Source: Porticoccus sp. (GTDB taxonomy: Bacteria > Pseudomonadota > Gammaproteobacteria > Pseudomonadales > Porticoccaceae). Taken from it: a stretch of 58,932 nucleotides of DNA. The position numbers were made by a program, and so were the translations under genes. The number at the start of each line of letters is the position of its first letter. The first letter of the stretch is position 1. Under the pieces are notes generated by a model. It was not told the origin of the DNA, searched no databases, and saw nothing but the letters and a program-made list of their open reading frames with translations. Shown here piece by piece: positions 39,806 to 51,500 of this stretch. Location of the stretch: the NCBI GenBank assembly GCA_041592135.1, contig JBFHQR010000001.1; one strand, written 5' to 3'.

Positions 39806-42133
39806 ATGAAACACTTTTATCTGTTGCTGTGCCTTTTTTTGTTTGCTTTAGCCGCTCGGGCGGATGTGTTTCAGGTCGAGGATATTCGCATCGATGGCCT
39901 GCAGCGGGTTTCTTCCGGCACGGTGTTCGCTTCCATGCCCCTCAGTGTGGGAGACCTGATTGATGAAGATACCATCCGCAGAGCAACCCGGGCATTGTTT
40001 CGAACCGGTTATTTTGAAGATATTCGCATTTCCCGGGACGGGGGTATTCTGATCGTCGCGCTCAAAGAGCGCCCCGCCGTGGCCGAGATTACCCTGTCGG
40101 GAAACAAGGCCATCCCCGAAGAGGATTTGCTCAAGGCATTGCGTGACAACGGCCTGGCCGAAGGACAGATCTTCCGCCAGTCAATCCTGGAGGGAATGTC
40201 CCAGGAGCTGGAGCGCCAATACGTTGCCCAGGGCCGTTATGGTGCCACCGTAACACCCAATATCGAGGAGCTGCCCCGCAACCGCGTGGCGGTACGTATT
40301 GTGGTTGATGAGGGTGAGGTCGCCTCCATCAAGCACATCAACGTGGTGGGCAACCACGCCTTTAGTCGCGACGACATTCTGTCCCTGTTTGAATTGAAGA
40401 CCACCGGCCTGCTGTCCTGGATTTTCAACGATGACAAGTATTCGCGGGAAAAGCTGTCCGGTGATCTGGAGCGGATCGAATCCTTTTATTTGAATCGCGG
40501 TTACCTGAAATTTGCCATCGATTCCACCCAGGTGGCGATCAGTCCCGATCGCAAGTCGGTGTTTGTGACCGTGAACCTGAACGAAGGGGATGCCTACAAG
40601 GTTGACCAGATTCAGCTGGCGGGAGACCTGGTGGTTTCGGAAGCGGAAATCCGTCGGCTGATCGTGCTGAAGGAAGATCAGACCTTTTCCCAGCTGTTGA
40701 TGACCAATACCTCTGAGCTGATCACCCAGCGTCTCGGTAATGAGGGTTACACCTTTGCCGAGGTGAAAGGCATTCCGGAGGTCAATGAAGAAGATAAAAC
40801 GGCCAACGTAACCTTCTTCGTCAACCCCGGCAAACGGGCCTATGTGCGGCGCATTGAATTCCGCGGCAATACCAAAACCATGGATGAAGTACTGCGCCGC
40901 GAAATGCGCCAGATGGAAGGTGCTTCCGCTTCCACCGCGAAAATCGAGCACTCGAAAAACCGCCTCAATCGACTGGGGTTTTTCAAGGAAGTGGAAGTGG
41001 ATACCCAGCAGGTCCCCGGTACCAATGACCAGGTGGATGTGATCTATACCGTCGAGGAACAACCGTCCGGCAGCATCGGCGCCAGCGTCGGCTTTGCGCA
41101 AACCTATGGCCTGACACTGGGGGGAAGCATCCGTGAACAGAACTTTCTGGGCACGGGTAACAACGTTGGCATCGCCTTGAATCGCAGTGCCTATCAGACC
41201 AATATCTCGTTAAGCGCCACCGATCCCTACTTCACCCGGGACGGCATCAGTGCCGGTTTTTCCATCTTTGCCCGCAGTACCGATTACGAGGAAGTGAACG
41301 TTTCCAATTACACGACTGACAGTATGGGCGGCAGTTTGACGTTCGCTTATCCCATCTCGGAATTTTCCAGTATTGGTATGGGCCTGGGCCTGGAAGCCCT
41401 CTCACTCGATGTTGGCTCCTTTCCGTCTGAGGAAATTCTCGATTTTGTGGACCAGAATGGTGAGGATTACACCACCCTTACCACCAGTATCAACTGGGGC
41501 TATTCCACGCTGAACCGGGGCACCATGGCCACCGCTGGCGTATCGCATCGTGTCAGCCTGGAAGTTGCGGTGCCCGGGAGTGACCTGGAATACTTCAAAA
41601 CCTCCTATGCGGGACAATATTTCCGCCCGCTGACAGATGACTATACCCTGCGGATGAGAACGGACCTGGGCTATGGCGACAGTTACGGCTCCGGAGATCG
41701 CCTGCCCTTCTTCAAGAACTTCTTTGGCGGCGGATGGGGTTCGGTTCGCGGCTTCAAGAAGAATACCCTGGGCCCACACGAAACCCCCGACCCCGACAAT
41801 CCCTTTGACAACGACGACGATCCATTTGGTGGCAACGTGCTGGTTGAGGGCAGTGTCGAAATGTTGTTTCCCCTGCCCTTTATTCGGGATCAAAGAAGCA
41901 TGCAGTTCGCCGTTTTCCTGGATGCCGGAAACGTATTTGATACCGATTGTGGCGATAAGGACGAGGCTCTCTGTCAGGAACCGGACCTGGGCGAACTCCG
42001 TTATTCCGTCGGCATAGGTGGAACCTGGATCAGTGGCTTTGGTCCCATTACCGTCAGCTTTGCCAAGCCCTTGAATGCCGGAGATGAAGACGAAGAAGAA
42101 ATATTCCAATTTCAATTTGGGCAGACTTTTTAG
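39806..42133 (+). CDS. bamA: Outer membrane protein assembly factor BamA
   Basis: POTRA repeats, VRGF motif, terminal Phe and synteny. Confidence 0.96.
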   Translation: MKHFYLLLCLFLFALAARADVFQVEDIRIDGLQRVSSGTVFASMPLSVGDLIDEDTIRRATRALFRTGYFEDIRISRDGGILIVALKERPAVAEITLSGNKAIPEEDLLKALRDNGLAEGQIFRQSILEGMSQELERQYVAQGRYGATVTPNIEELPRNRVAVRIVVDEGEVASIKHINVVGNHAFSRDDILSLFELKTTGLLSWIFNDDKYSREKLSGDLERIESFYLNRGYLKFAIDSTQVAISPDRKSVFVTVNLNEGDAYKVDQIQLAGDLVVSEAEIRRLIVLKEDQTFSQLLMTNTSELITQRLGNEGYTFAEVKGIPEVNEEDKTANVTFFVNPGKRAYVRRIEFRGNTKTMDEVLRREMRQMEGASASTAKIEHSKNRLNRLGFFKEVEVDTQQVPGTNDQVDVIYTVEEQPSGSIGASVGFAQTYGLTLGGSIREQNFLGTGNNVGIALNRSAYQTNISLSATDPYFTRDGISAGFSIFARSTDYEEVNVSNYTTDSMGGSLTFAYPISEFSSIGMGLGLEALSLDVGSFPSEEILDFVDQNGEDYTTLTTSINWGYSTLNRGTMATAGVSHRVSLEVAVPGSDLEYFKTSYAGQYFRPLTDDYTLRMRTDLGYGDSYGSGDRLPFFKNFFGGGWGSVRGFKKNTLGPHETPDPDNPFDNDDDPFGGNVLVEGSVEMLFPLPFIRDQRSMQFAVFLDAGNVFDTDCGDKDEALCQEPDLGELRYSVGIGGTWISGFGPITVSFAKPLNAGDEDEEEIFQFQFGQTF

Positions 42134-42163
42134 ACCATCAGTTAAACCGAACGGAGACCTAGT

Positions 42164-42679
42164 GTGCGTATAGCAAAATTGTTGTTGATTACTCTGGCTG
42201 TCAGCTTCACCTCATCTGTGCTGGCCGCAGAGGGTAATATTGCGGTAGTTGATTTTGGCAAGGCCATTTTCGCTACTGAGGTGGCAAAAAACCGTCTGAA
42301 ACAGAAGAAAGGCGAGTCTGGTTATGCTGCGCTGTCGGCAAAATACGAGTCAACTGTAGCGGATATGAAGGCGCTGAAGCAGGAAATTGATACCAAGGGT
42401 ATGACCTGGTCTACAGAACAGGCGACGGAAGCGCAGAAAAAAATGGAGTTCCTGCGCGCAGACCTGGAGTTGACTACCCGTAAAATTCAGACCGACCAGC
42501 AGGCGCTGCAAAACAGTATCGTTCAGGAACTGCGTCCCAAAGCCGGCGAAGCGCTCCAGGAGCTGATAGACGAGGAGGGGATTGTACTGCTGATCAGTGC
42601 CGAGGCTGTCGTCACGGCGGCGCCGAGCCTTGACGTCACTGCAAAGCTGACCGATCGCCTGAACAAGAAAACCCAGTAA
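42164..42679 (+). CDS. skp: Periplasmic chaperone Skp/OmpH
   Basis: Signal peptide, IAVVD, coiled-coil body; lies between bamA and lpxD. Confidence 0.85.
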   Translation: MRIAKLLLITLAVSFTSSVLAAEGNIAVVDFGKAIFATEVAKNRLKQKKGESGYAALSAKYESTVADMKALKQEIDTKGMTWSTEQATEAQKKMEFLRADLELTTRKIQTDQQALQNSIVQELRPKAGEALQELIDEEGIVLLISAEAVVTAAPSLDVTAKLTDRLNKKTQ

Positions 42680-42705
42680 TTTCGGATCGCAGCGGGCGAG
42701 GGGAG

Positions 42706-43719
42706 ATGGTCAGTTACAGGCTGGCAGAAGTGGCTGATCGGATCGGTGCCGAAGTGCGCGGCGATCCAACCCTTACCGTGACGGGGTTGAACAGCCTGGG
42801 CGAGGCCGGGGACAATCAACTAAGTTTCCTGGCCAACCCGGTTTATCGGCGCTATCTCGATACCACCTCCGCGGCTGCCGTTATCCTGCAGCCGCGCATG
42901 GCGGAAGAGTTTGCCGGCAACGCCTTGCTGATGGAAAACCCCTATTTGGGCTACGCACTGGCTACCGCATTGTTTGACAGCGCTCCTGTCATGCCGGTCG
43001 GTATCCACGACAGCGCTGTGGTGGCGTCCACTGCCAAAATCGATGACACTGCATCCATTGGTCCACAGGCGGTCATCGGGGAAAGGGTTGTTATTGGTCC
43101 CAACAGCCGCATCGGCGCTGGTACGGCCATAGGTGATGACTCGATTATTGGTGCCGATTGCCGTATTGCCGCCAACGTCAGTATTTACCACGGAATCCTG
43201 ATTGGGAATGGTGTCACTATCCACAGCGGTGCCGTCATTGGTGCCGACGGATTTGGTTTTGCCCCGCATCAAGGGAGCTGGGTGAAAATTCACCAGTTGG
43301 GATCGGTGGTGATCGGCAATCGGGTTGAAATCGGTGCCTGTACCACGGTCGATCGCGGCGCACTGGGTAATACCCTGATTGAGGATGGAGTCATTCTCGA
43401 CAACCATGTGCAGATCGCCCATAACGTGCATATCGGCGAAAATACCGCCATGGCGAGTTATGCCGGGGTGGCTGGAAGTACCGTGGTCGGCAAGAACTGT
43501 ATTTTTGCGGCTAGAGCGGGTTCCGTAGGGCATGTGACCCTGTGCGACGGCGTCCATCTGACGGCTGCAGCGGTTCTGACCAAGTCACTGACAGAACCTG
43601 GATCCTATTCATCAGGCACCATGTTCAGCAAGACCAAGGACTGGAAGAAAAATGCTGTTCGTTTTAACCAACTCGATGAGCTGGCCAACCGGATCAGGGA
43701 ACTGGAAAAAAAATTGTAA
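42706..43719 (+). CDS. lpxD: UDP-3-O-acyl-glucosamine N-acyltransferase
   Basis: Hexapeptide repeats, IGADGFGFA, DRGALG and DNHVQIAHNV. Confidence 0.96.
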   Translation: MVSYRLAEVADRIGAEVRGDPTLTVTGLNSLGEAGDNQLSFLANPVYRRYLDTTSAAAVILQPRMAEEFAGNALLMENPYLGYALATALFDSAPVMPVGIHDSAVVASTAKIDDTASIGPQAVIGERVVIGPNSRIGAGTAIGDDSIIGADCRIAANVSIYHGILIGNGVTIHSGAVIGADGFGFAPHQGSWVKIHQLGSVVIGNRVEIGACTTVDRGALGNTLIEDGVILDNHVQIAHNVHIGENTAMASYAGVAGSTVVGKNCIFAARAGSVGHVTLCDGVHLTAAAVLTKSLTEPGSYSSGTMFSKTKDWKKNAVRFNQLDELANRIRELEKKL

Positions 43720-43759
43720 CTAACGCTGTTTCGAACTTTGCTGGATTTGAGAAAAGCCG

Positions 43760-44194
43760 ATGGATATTAATGAAATTAAACAGCGCTTGCCGCACCGTTA
43801 CCCTTTTTTACTGGTTGACCGTGTGGTTGAGCTGGATCCGGGTAAACGTATTCTTGCCTATAAAAATATCACTGGAAATGAAGATGTCTTTAATGGCCAT
43901 TTTCCCAATACACCCATTTTCCCCGGCGTGATGATTATTGAGGCCATGGCCCAGGCTGCCGGCGTACTGGGTTTCGTCACGGCAGACAAATATGCTGATG
44001 ACAACGCACTCTACCTGTTTGCCGGTGTGGATGGCGTACGTTTCAAGCGTCAGGTGATACCCGGTGACCGGCTGATGCTCGAGGCGGAAATCGATTCCGT
44101 CAAACGCACCATCTGGCGCTTCAAGTGCCGCGCCACCGTGGACGGTGAGCTGGCTTGCGAAGCGACCATCCTCTGTGCGCTAAAAGTTTCCTGA
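43760..44194 (+). CDS. fabZ: 3-hydroxyacyl-ACP dehydratase
   Basis: [13 protein letters not shown] and [20 protein letters not shown]. Confidence 0.97.
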   Translation: MDINEIKQRLPHRYPFLLVDRVVELDPGKRILAYKNITGNEDVFNGHFPNTPIFPGVMIIEAMAQAAGVLGFVTADKYADDNALYLFAGVDGVRFKRQVIPGDRLMLEAEIDSVKRTIWRFKCRATVDGELACEATILCALKVS

Positions 44195-44198
44195 GTCT

Positions 44199-44975
44199 AT
44201 GTCTCAAATTGATCCCCGTGCGATTATCGACCCCAGTGCCGAACTGGGAAAGGATGTGGTTATCGGCCCCTGGACCCTGATTGGTCCCGACGTCAAAATT
44301 GGTGAGGGCACTGTCATTCACTCCCACGTGGTGGTCAGGGCATTGACCACCATCGGCCAGAACAACCGCATTTTTCAATTTTCCACCATCGGTGAAGATA
44401 CTCCCGACCTGAAATATCATGGTGAACCCACCCGTCTCGAAATCGGGAATAACAACACCATCAGGGAGGGGGTGACGATCCATCGGGGCACGGTTCAGGA
44501 CAACGGCCTGACCGCCATCGGCGATGACAACCTGCTAATGGCCTATGTCCATATCGGCCATGACTGCAATGTGGGCAGCAATTGTATCCTGGTGAACAAT
44601 GCCTCCCTGGCCGGTCATGTTCAGGTGGGGGATTGGGCCATCATTTCGGGCTATGCTCTGATCCACCAGTATGTTTCCATCGGCGCCCACAGTTTTATTG
44701 GCGCTGGCGCTTATTTGACCCAGGACTTGCCGGCCTACGTGATGGCCGCCGGAACCCCCAGTGAACCGAAAACCATCAACAGTGAAGGGTTGCGGCGCAG
44801 GGGCTTCGACAAAGGCCAAATCGCTGCCATTAAAAAGGCCTACAAGATTCTCTATCGGCAGGGCCTGCCGCTGGACGAAGCTTTGGAGAAAATGGCATTG
44901 CTTGCCGCAGAGCAACCGGCCGTTCAGCTCATGATTGACACTGTCCGCGCGTCCTCCCGCGGACTGCTGCGCTAG
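44199..44975 (+). CDS. lpxA: UDP-N-acetylglucosamine acyltransferase
   Basis: Hexapeptide repeats, [17 protein letters not shown] and LAGHV. Confidence 0.97.
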   Translation: MSQIDPRAIIDPSAELGKDVVIGPWTLIGPDVKIGEGTVIHSHVVVRALTTIGQNNRIFQFSTIGEDTPDLKYHGEPTRLEIGNNNTIREGVTIHRGTVQDNGLTAIGDDNLLMAYVHIGHDCNVGSNCILVNNASLAGHVQVGDWAIISGYALIHQYVSIGAHSFIGAGAYLTQDLPAYVMAAGTPSEPKTINSEGLRRRGFDKGQIAAIKKAYKILYRQGLPLDEALEKMALLAAEQPAVQLMIDTVRASSRGLLR

Positions 44976-44989
44976 CCACGCCAGCTTCC

Positions 44990-46138
44990 ATGAGCCGGCA
45001 AATCAAAATAGGGGTGGTCGCCGGTGAAGCTTCCGGTGATCAGCTCGGCGCCGGTTTACTGAAGGCGCTGCGCGCCCGCTACCCCGAGGCCCTGTTCGAG
45101 GGCATCGGTGGGCCCAAAATGCTGGCCGAGGGATTTCATTCACTGTTTCCCATGGATCGCCTGTCTGTAATGGGCCTGGTCGAGCCACTAAAACGATTGC
45201 CGGAACTGCTTGGCATCCGCCGGGCGCTATTCCATCACTTTCTCAACCATCATTTTGATCTGGTTATCGGCATTGACTCGCCCGATTTCAATCTCGGGTT
45301 GGAGCTGAAGCTCCGCAAGCGGGGTGTCAAGACAGCCCACTATGTCAGCCCCTCCGTGTGGGCGTGGCGTCAGGGCAGAATCAGGAAGATTGCCCGCGCC
45401 GTGGATCTGATGGTTACCCTGTTTCCCTTTGAGGCGGATTTCTATCGCGAGCACGCCGTGCCGGTGACCTGTGTCGGCCACCCCCTGGCGGAAGAAATCC
45501 CGTTGCGACCGGATAGCCAGCAGGCCCGGCAGCAGCTGGGTATTGCTGAGGGCGCCAGGGTGCTCACCCTGATGCCGGGCAGTCGCGCCTCGGAGGTGGA
45601 TGCCATGGGCCGACTCTTTCTGGACACGGCCAACCGCTGTCGCGACGCTGTGACTGATTTGCAACTACTTATTCCGGCGGCCAACGACGAGCGAAAAGTT
45701 CAGCTGCAACAGCTTTTGACGCAATACCCCGACCTGAATTGCCAATTGTTGTCGGGACAATCACATCTGGCCATGAGTGCCGCAGATGTGGTGTTGCTGT
45801 CCTCGGGGACATCCGCGCTGGAGGCGATGTTGCTGAAAAAACCGATGGTGGTGAGTTATCGCATCGGCAAGTGGACTTACGCCCTGATTTCCCGAATGCT
45901 GAAGGTGGATTGGGTGTCATTGCCCAATCTGCTCGCCCAGGAAACCCTGGTGCCCGAGTTGCTGCAGGATCAGGCCACCGTGGAAAATCTCGTTGCGACC
46001 GTTAATCAGTTGTTTCTGGCGCCAGACCAGGTGTCGCACCTGCAACAGCGCTTTTGTGAGCTGCATCAATCGTTGCGTCACGGTGGCAGTGACGCCGCCG
46101 CCGCCGCACTCAGTGAGCTGATCGGGGCACCTCGGTGA
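44990..46138 (+). CDS. lpxB: Lipid A disaccharide synthase
   Basis: [28 protein letters not shown] and SGT..LE. Confidence 0.96.
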   Translation: MSRQIKIGVVAGEASGDQLGAGLLKALRARYPEALFEGIGGPKMLAEGFHSLFPMDRLSVMGLVEPLKRLPELLGIRRALFHHFLNHHFDLVIGIDSPDFNLGLELKLRKRGVKTAHYVSPSVWAWRQGRIRKIARAVDLMVTLFPFEADFYREHAVPVTCVGHPLAEEIPLRPDSQQARQQLGIAEGARVLTLMPGSRASEVDAMGRLFLDTANRCRDAVTDLQLLIPAANDERKVQLQQLLTQYPDLNCQLLSGQSHLAMSAADVVLLSSGTSALEAMLLKKPMVVSYRIGKWTYALISRMLKVDWVSLPNLLAQETLVPELLQDQATVENLVATVNQLFLAPDQVSHLQQRFCELHQSLRHGGSDAAAAALSELIGAPR

Positions 46139-46749
46139 TGGCTGGGTTTCAATTGGCATACCGCGGTGAACTGCTGGCCGGTGTCGATGAGGTGGGCAGG
46201 GGACCGCTGGCGGGAGATGTGGTGACGGCGGCGGTTATTCTCGATCCCCGCCAGCCTATTCAGGGATTGGCCGATTCCAAACAGCTCTCCGAGACCCGCC
46301 GTGAACAGTTGGCCGAGCAGATTCGTGAGAAGGCGTTGTACTGGCATATTGCCAGGGCTTCTGTAGCGGAAATCGATAGCTATAACATCCTCCAGGCGAC
46401 CCTGATGGCCATGGCGCGCGCGGTTGACGGGCTGGCCGTCGAGCCAGAATATGTGGCGGTGGACGGCAATCGCATGCCGCGCTGGCGCTATACCAGTGAA
46501 ACGGTGATAAAAGGTGATGCACTGGTTCCAGCAATCAGTGCCGCGTCGATACTGGCTAAGGTTTGTCGCGATGCTGAAATGTGCCAGTTTGATCAACAGT
46601 ACCCGGGCTATGGGTTTGCCGCTCACAAGGGTTACGGTACTGCGCAGCACCGGGAGGCGATAGCGCAGCTCGGGCCCTGTCCCATTCATCGGCGATCCTT
46701 CGACCCCGTTCGGAGCATGCTGGCGGCCAGCCAACGGCAACTTCGCTGA
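46138..46749 (+). CDS. rnhB: Ribonuclease HII
   Basis: [28 protein letters not shown] and HKGYGT. Confidence 0.96.
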   Translation: MAGFQLAYRGELLAGVDEVGRGPLAGDVVTAAVILDPRQPIQGLADSKQLSETRREQLAEQIREKALYWHIARASVAEIDSYNILQATLMAMARAVDGLAVEPEYVAVDGNRMPRWRYTSETVIKGDALVPAISAASILAKVCRDAEMCQFDQQYPGYGFAAHKGYGTAQHREAIAQLGPCPIHRRSFDPVRSMLAASQRQLR

Positions 46750-46982
46750 ATTGATCCGGCCTTTTGAGCCGGCCCCGGGTATTTCCGGCGCAATAGTTTG
46801 CTATGCTAGGTGGGTACCGCTCCGGAGCACACGGCAATTGCTTTGCTGTGTGCAGTTGGTTTTCTGGCGATGGCTGTGTAAGACCCCCGAAATAGCGGGA
46901 TGCCTTTGCCTCTGTTGCTTCCTGGTCGCATGATCATCGACCTGCGGCCTGTGGTCTTTCCAGCGCACTCAAGGAACGCCCC

Positions 46983-48512
46983 ATGAAACAGCTTAACGGT
47001 CACGATGCAGTCTACTTATATGCCGAGACACCTTCCACCCCGGGACATCTAGGCTTGCTCTACGTCTACGACCAATCCACGGCGCCGCAGAACCGGGTCA
47101 GATTCAAAAGCATTCTGGAGCACATCCGGGAGCGTTTGCACATTTCCCATGTGTTCCGCTCCAAATTGATGCGTATGCCCTTTGATGTCGATCATCCCTA
47201 TTGGGTCGACGATGAAAATTTTGATCTGGAATACCATGTGCGCCATCTGGCACTGCCCAAGCCCGGTGATTGGCGACAGTTTTCAATACTGGTTTCGCGA
47301 CTTCATTCGCGGCCACTGGATATGTCAAAACCCCTCTGGGAGATGTACGTCATTGAGGGGCTGGACAACATCCCCTGGCTGCCGAAAGGGTCCTTTGCCA
47401 TTTATACCAAGGTGCACCACTGTGCCATCGACGGCGCCGCTGCCATTGACCTGGCGAGTCTATTCCACGACAAGAGTGCAGAAGCAGCTGGCGGAGTTGA
47501 GGAGCAGAGCTGGACCCCCAGTCCCAAACCGCCGGTGAAGAACCTGGTGATCAACACCCTGCTGAATAACGTTAAGCACAACTTTGAAACCGCTTTTGAT
47601 CTGATCAATGCCATTCCCTCGCTCGGCAAGATGTTGCTCGAAAAAACCCGCAGGCGGGATATGGAGCCAGAGGAAACCGTGGTGAGACCGGAAACCCGTT
47701 TTAACCACGATCATGTTTCACCCCATCGGGTATTTGGCGGTGTGGAATGGAGTCTGGATGATATCAAGGCGATCAAGAATGCGGTGAGTGGGGCGACCAT
47801 CAACGACGTATTGCTGGCGCTCTGTGGCGGTGCACTGCACTACTATCTCCAGGCCAAGGAAGAATTACCCTACCACTCGCTGCGCGCCATTGTTCCCGTT
47901 CGCCAGAATGACAACGGCAACAATCATGCGGATAAGCTGGCCTTGATGACGCCACCCTTGCACACCCAGGTGTCCGATCCCCTGGAGCGCCTGGAAGCCA
48001 TTCAATGGGACACTTCCACCAGCGCGGCACTGGAACATGCCCATGGCGCCAAGGACATGACCGATATCACCAAGCATATGCCCTCCTTTACCATGGCGCT
48101 GGGGATTGGGGTCGCCACCCACAGTCATTTGTCCCGCAAGACCCTGGCGGCCATCGGCAACTGTGTGTTGACCAATGTGCCGGGGCCGCAGATACCCCTG
48201 TACATGCGCGGTGCCAAACTGGTGTATGTGTCTGCCCTGGCGCCGCTGGTAGAGGGGCTGACACTGATGTTCAACGCGGTCAGTTACAATGGCCGGATCA
48301 GCGTGTCCTTCCAGTCCGACCGGGATGTATTGCCGGACCCGGAGTTTATGGAGCAGTGCTGGGAGCGCTCTTTTAGTGAACTGAAATGCGCCGCCACCAA
48401 TCAGTGTGAAGACGCTGAAGGCGAGGTGATTCACAAGGTGCGGATCCCGAAAACCGCCAAGCGCACACCGGGAGCCAGTCGCGGACGCGCCAGGCAAACG
48501 GGGCAAGCATAG
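46983..48512 (+). CDS. Wax ester synthase / diacylglycerol acyltransferase (WS/DGAT)
   Basis: Catalytic HHCAIDG (HHxxxDG), PLDMSKPLWE, TINDV and TNVPGP; 509 aa. Confidence 0.9.
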   Translation: MKQLNGHDAVYLYAETPSTPGHLGLLYVYDQSTAPQNRVRFKSILEHIRERLHISHVFRSKLMRMPFDVDHPYWVDDENFDLEYHVRHLALPKPGDWRQFSILVSRLHSRPLDMSKPLWEMYVIEGLDNIPWLPKGSFAIYTKVHHCAIDGAAAIDLASLFHDKSAEAAGGVEEQSWTPSPKPPVKNLVINTLLNNVKHNFETAFDLINAIPSLGKMLLEKTRRRDMEPEETVVRPETRFNHDHVSPHRVFGGVEWSLDDIKAIKNAVSGATINDVLLALCGGALHYYLQAKEELPYHSLRAIVPVRQNDNGNNHADKLALMTPPLHTQVSDPLERLEAIQWDTSTSAALEHAHGAKDMTDITKHMPSFTMALGIGVATHSHLSRKTLAAIGNCVLTNVPGPQIPLYMRGAKLVYVSALAPLVEGLTLMFNAVSYNGRISVSFQSDRDVLPDPEFMEQCWERSFSELKCAATNQCEDAEGEVIHKVRIPKTAKRTPGASRGRARQTGQA

Positions 48513-48575
48513 ACTAATCAACTCGCAGTGCCCCTGGGCCTGCACCCCTGATCCGCGCTAGAGAAAACAGAATTT

Positions 48576-51500
48576 ATGGAACCGTCGTTCGTCCACCTCC
48601 GTTTGCACAGTGAATATTCCCTGGTCGATGGCATGGTACGTCTCAAACCCCTGGTAAAGCGCGTGGCGGAGCTGGCCATGCCGGCTGTCGCACTCACCGA
48701 TGTCTGTAATTTTTACGGCTTGGTCAAGTTTTACAAGGCCGCTCAGGGGGCGGGCGTGAAGCCTATCTGCGGCGCCGACCTGCAGGTCGCCAGTGTCGTG
48801 CCCGATGGCAATCCCTTCACGGTCACCCTGCTGGTGATGAATCATCAGGGCTACCGCAATCTCACGCGCATCATCTCCCGCGCCTTTCAGGAGGGCCAGG
48901 TGCAGGGAAAACCCTTTGTGCAGCGCCACTGGATCAGTGAGGCCGCGGAAGGGCTGATTGTCTTGATCGGTCGTTTTGGCGATGTCGGCCAGGCGCTTCT
49001 GAGCGCTAAGGACGACCAGGCCAAACAATTGCTGAGCGAATGGCAGCGTGAATTCCCGGATCGGCTGTATCTGGAATTGACCCGCACCGGTCGCGGCGGC
49101 GAGGAGGATTACCTGCACCGGGCCGTGGCGCTGGCAGCCGCTTTTGACTGCCCGGTGGTGGCGACCAATGATGTGCGTTTTCTCGAGGCTGAACACTTTG
49201 ACGCCCATGAAGCGCGGGTCTGTATCGGCGAGGGGCGGGTGCTGAACGACCCCCGTCGGGAACGCCGTTACAGCGAGCAGCAATACCTGCGCTCAGCGGC
49301 GGAAATGATGGAGCTGTTCAGCGACATCCCCGAGGCGCTGGAAAACTCCGTGGAAATTGCCCGGCGCTGCAGCCTGGAGCTGAAGTTCGGCGAGTATTTT
49401 TTGCCCGAATACCCGATTCCCGAGGGCATGACCACTGACGGCTACTTTGAAAAAGTCTCCTGGGATGGGCTGGATGAGCGACTGTCGACTTTGCTCGACA
49501 GCAGCGCTACGGATTACCAGCAACAGCGGCAAGTCTATCTGGATCGTCTGCGGTTCGAACTGGACATCATTATCCAGATGGGCTTTCCGGGCTACTTCCT
49601 GATCGTGATGGATTTCATTCGCTGGGCGAAGGACAACGATATTCCCGTGGGGCCCGGCCGGGGTTCCGGCGCCGGCTCCCTGGTGGCCTACGCGCTGGGA
49701 ATTACCGATCTGGATCCGCTCGAATACGACCTGCTGTTTGAACGCTTTCTCAATCCGGAACGGGTATCGATGCCGGACTTCGATATCGACTTTTGCATGG
49801 ATAATCGCGACCGGGTGATTGCCTACGTGGCGGACCGCTACGGTCGCGACGCGGTGTCCCAGATCATTACCTTCGGCACCATGGCCGCCAAGGCGGTGGT
49901 CAGGGATGTGGCCCGGGTACAGGGCAAGTCCTACGGCCTGGCGGACAAGCTGTCAAAAATGATTCCGCCCGATATCGGCATGACCCTGGAGAAAGCCGTT
50001 GCCCAGGAAGAGGTGCTGAGAGAATTCCTCGACAACGACGAGGAGGCCCAGGAAATCTGGGAAATGGCCCTGCAGCTGGAGGGTGTTACCCGCAACGTCG
50101 GCAAACACGCCGGTGGCGTGGTGATCGCCCCCACCACCCTGACGGATTTTGCGCCGCTCTACTGCGACGAAGCCGGGGACGGGCTGGTGACACAGTTCGA
50201 CAAGGATGATGTGGAACAGGTGGGGTTGGTGAAGTTTGACTTTCTCGGCCTGCGCACCCTGACCATCATCGACTGGGCCGTGAAAATGGTGAATCAGCGG
50301 CGTCTGGCGGCCGGTGACCCGGCGGTGGCGATTGGGGCGATCCCCCTCGATGATCCCGCCACCTACGGACTGATGCAGCGGGCGGAAACGACGGCGGTAT
50401 TCCAGTTGGAATCCCGCGGCATGAAAGACCTGATCAAGCGGGTGGAACCGAACTGTTTTGAAGATATTGTCGCCCTGGTGGCGCTGTTCCGCCCGGGTCC
50501 GCTGCAATCGGGCATGGTGGACGACTTCATCAATCGCAAGCACGGCCGGGCGGAGGTGGCCTACCCGGATTCCAAGTTCCAGCACCAGAGCCTGAAACCG
50601 GTGCTGGAGCCGACCTACGGCGTCATTGTCTACCAGGAACAGGTGATGCAAATCGCCCAGGTGCTGGCCGGCTACACCCTCGGTGGCGCGGATATGCTGC
50701 GCCGCGCCATGGGCAAGAAAAAGCCAGAGGAAATGGCCAAGCAGCGGGAGATTTTTGAAGAGGGTGCCAGGAAGCAGGGCATAGATCCCGACCTCGCTAT
50801 TAAAATTTTTGATCTGGTGGAAAAGTTTGCCGGTTACGGTTTTAACAAGTCCCATTCCGCCGCCTATGCGCTGCTGGCCTATCAGACCGCCTGGTTGAAA
50901 CAGCATCATCCTGCCGAGTTCATGGCCGCGGTGTTGTCGGCGGATATGCAGAACACCGACAAAGTGGTCACCCTGATCGAGGAGTGCCGCTCAATGAAAC
51001 TCGCGGTGCTGCCCCCGGATGTGAACCGCGGTCACTTTATGTTTACCGTGTCGGATGCCGAGGAAGTGATCTACGGCCTGGGCGCGATCAAGGGGCTCGG
51101 CGAGGGCCCCGTGAACAGCATCATGGCGGCCAGGGAGGAGGGTGGCCCATTCCGGGATCTGTTTGATTTCTGTGCCCGGGTGGATGCGCGCCGGGTCAAC
51201 AAACGAGCCCTGGAGGCGCTGATTCACTCCGGGGCGTTGGACACCATTGGCCCGGAAGGCGAGATAGGCTACCGCCGCGCCGTGATGCTCGGGGCGATGG
51301 AGGAAGCGGTGAAAATGGCAGAACAGCACTCCCGCAATGCCGATTGCGGCATGTCCGATCTGTTTGGTGCCACGCCGAAGGAGAGTGCCCCCGAAATAGG
51401 GTATCAGGCCTTTCGCAACCAGCGCAGCCTGAGCGCCAAAGAGCGGTTGCGGGGTGAGAAGGATACCCTCGGCCTGTACCTGACCGGCCATCCGGTAGAT

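Noticed and set aside
46786-46802. Possible sigma54 promoter upstream of WS/DGAT (CGGCGCAATAGTTTGCT)
   Set aside because: The GG-to-GC spacing is 11 nt instead of the required 10.
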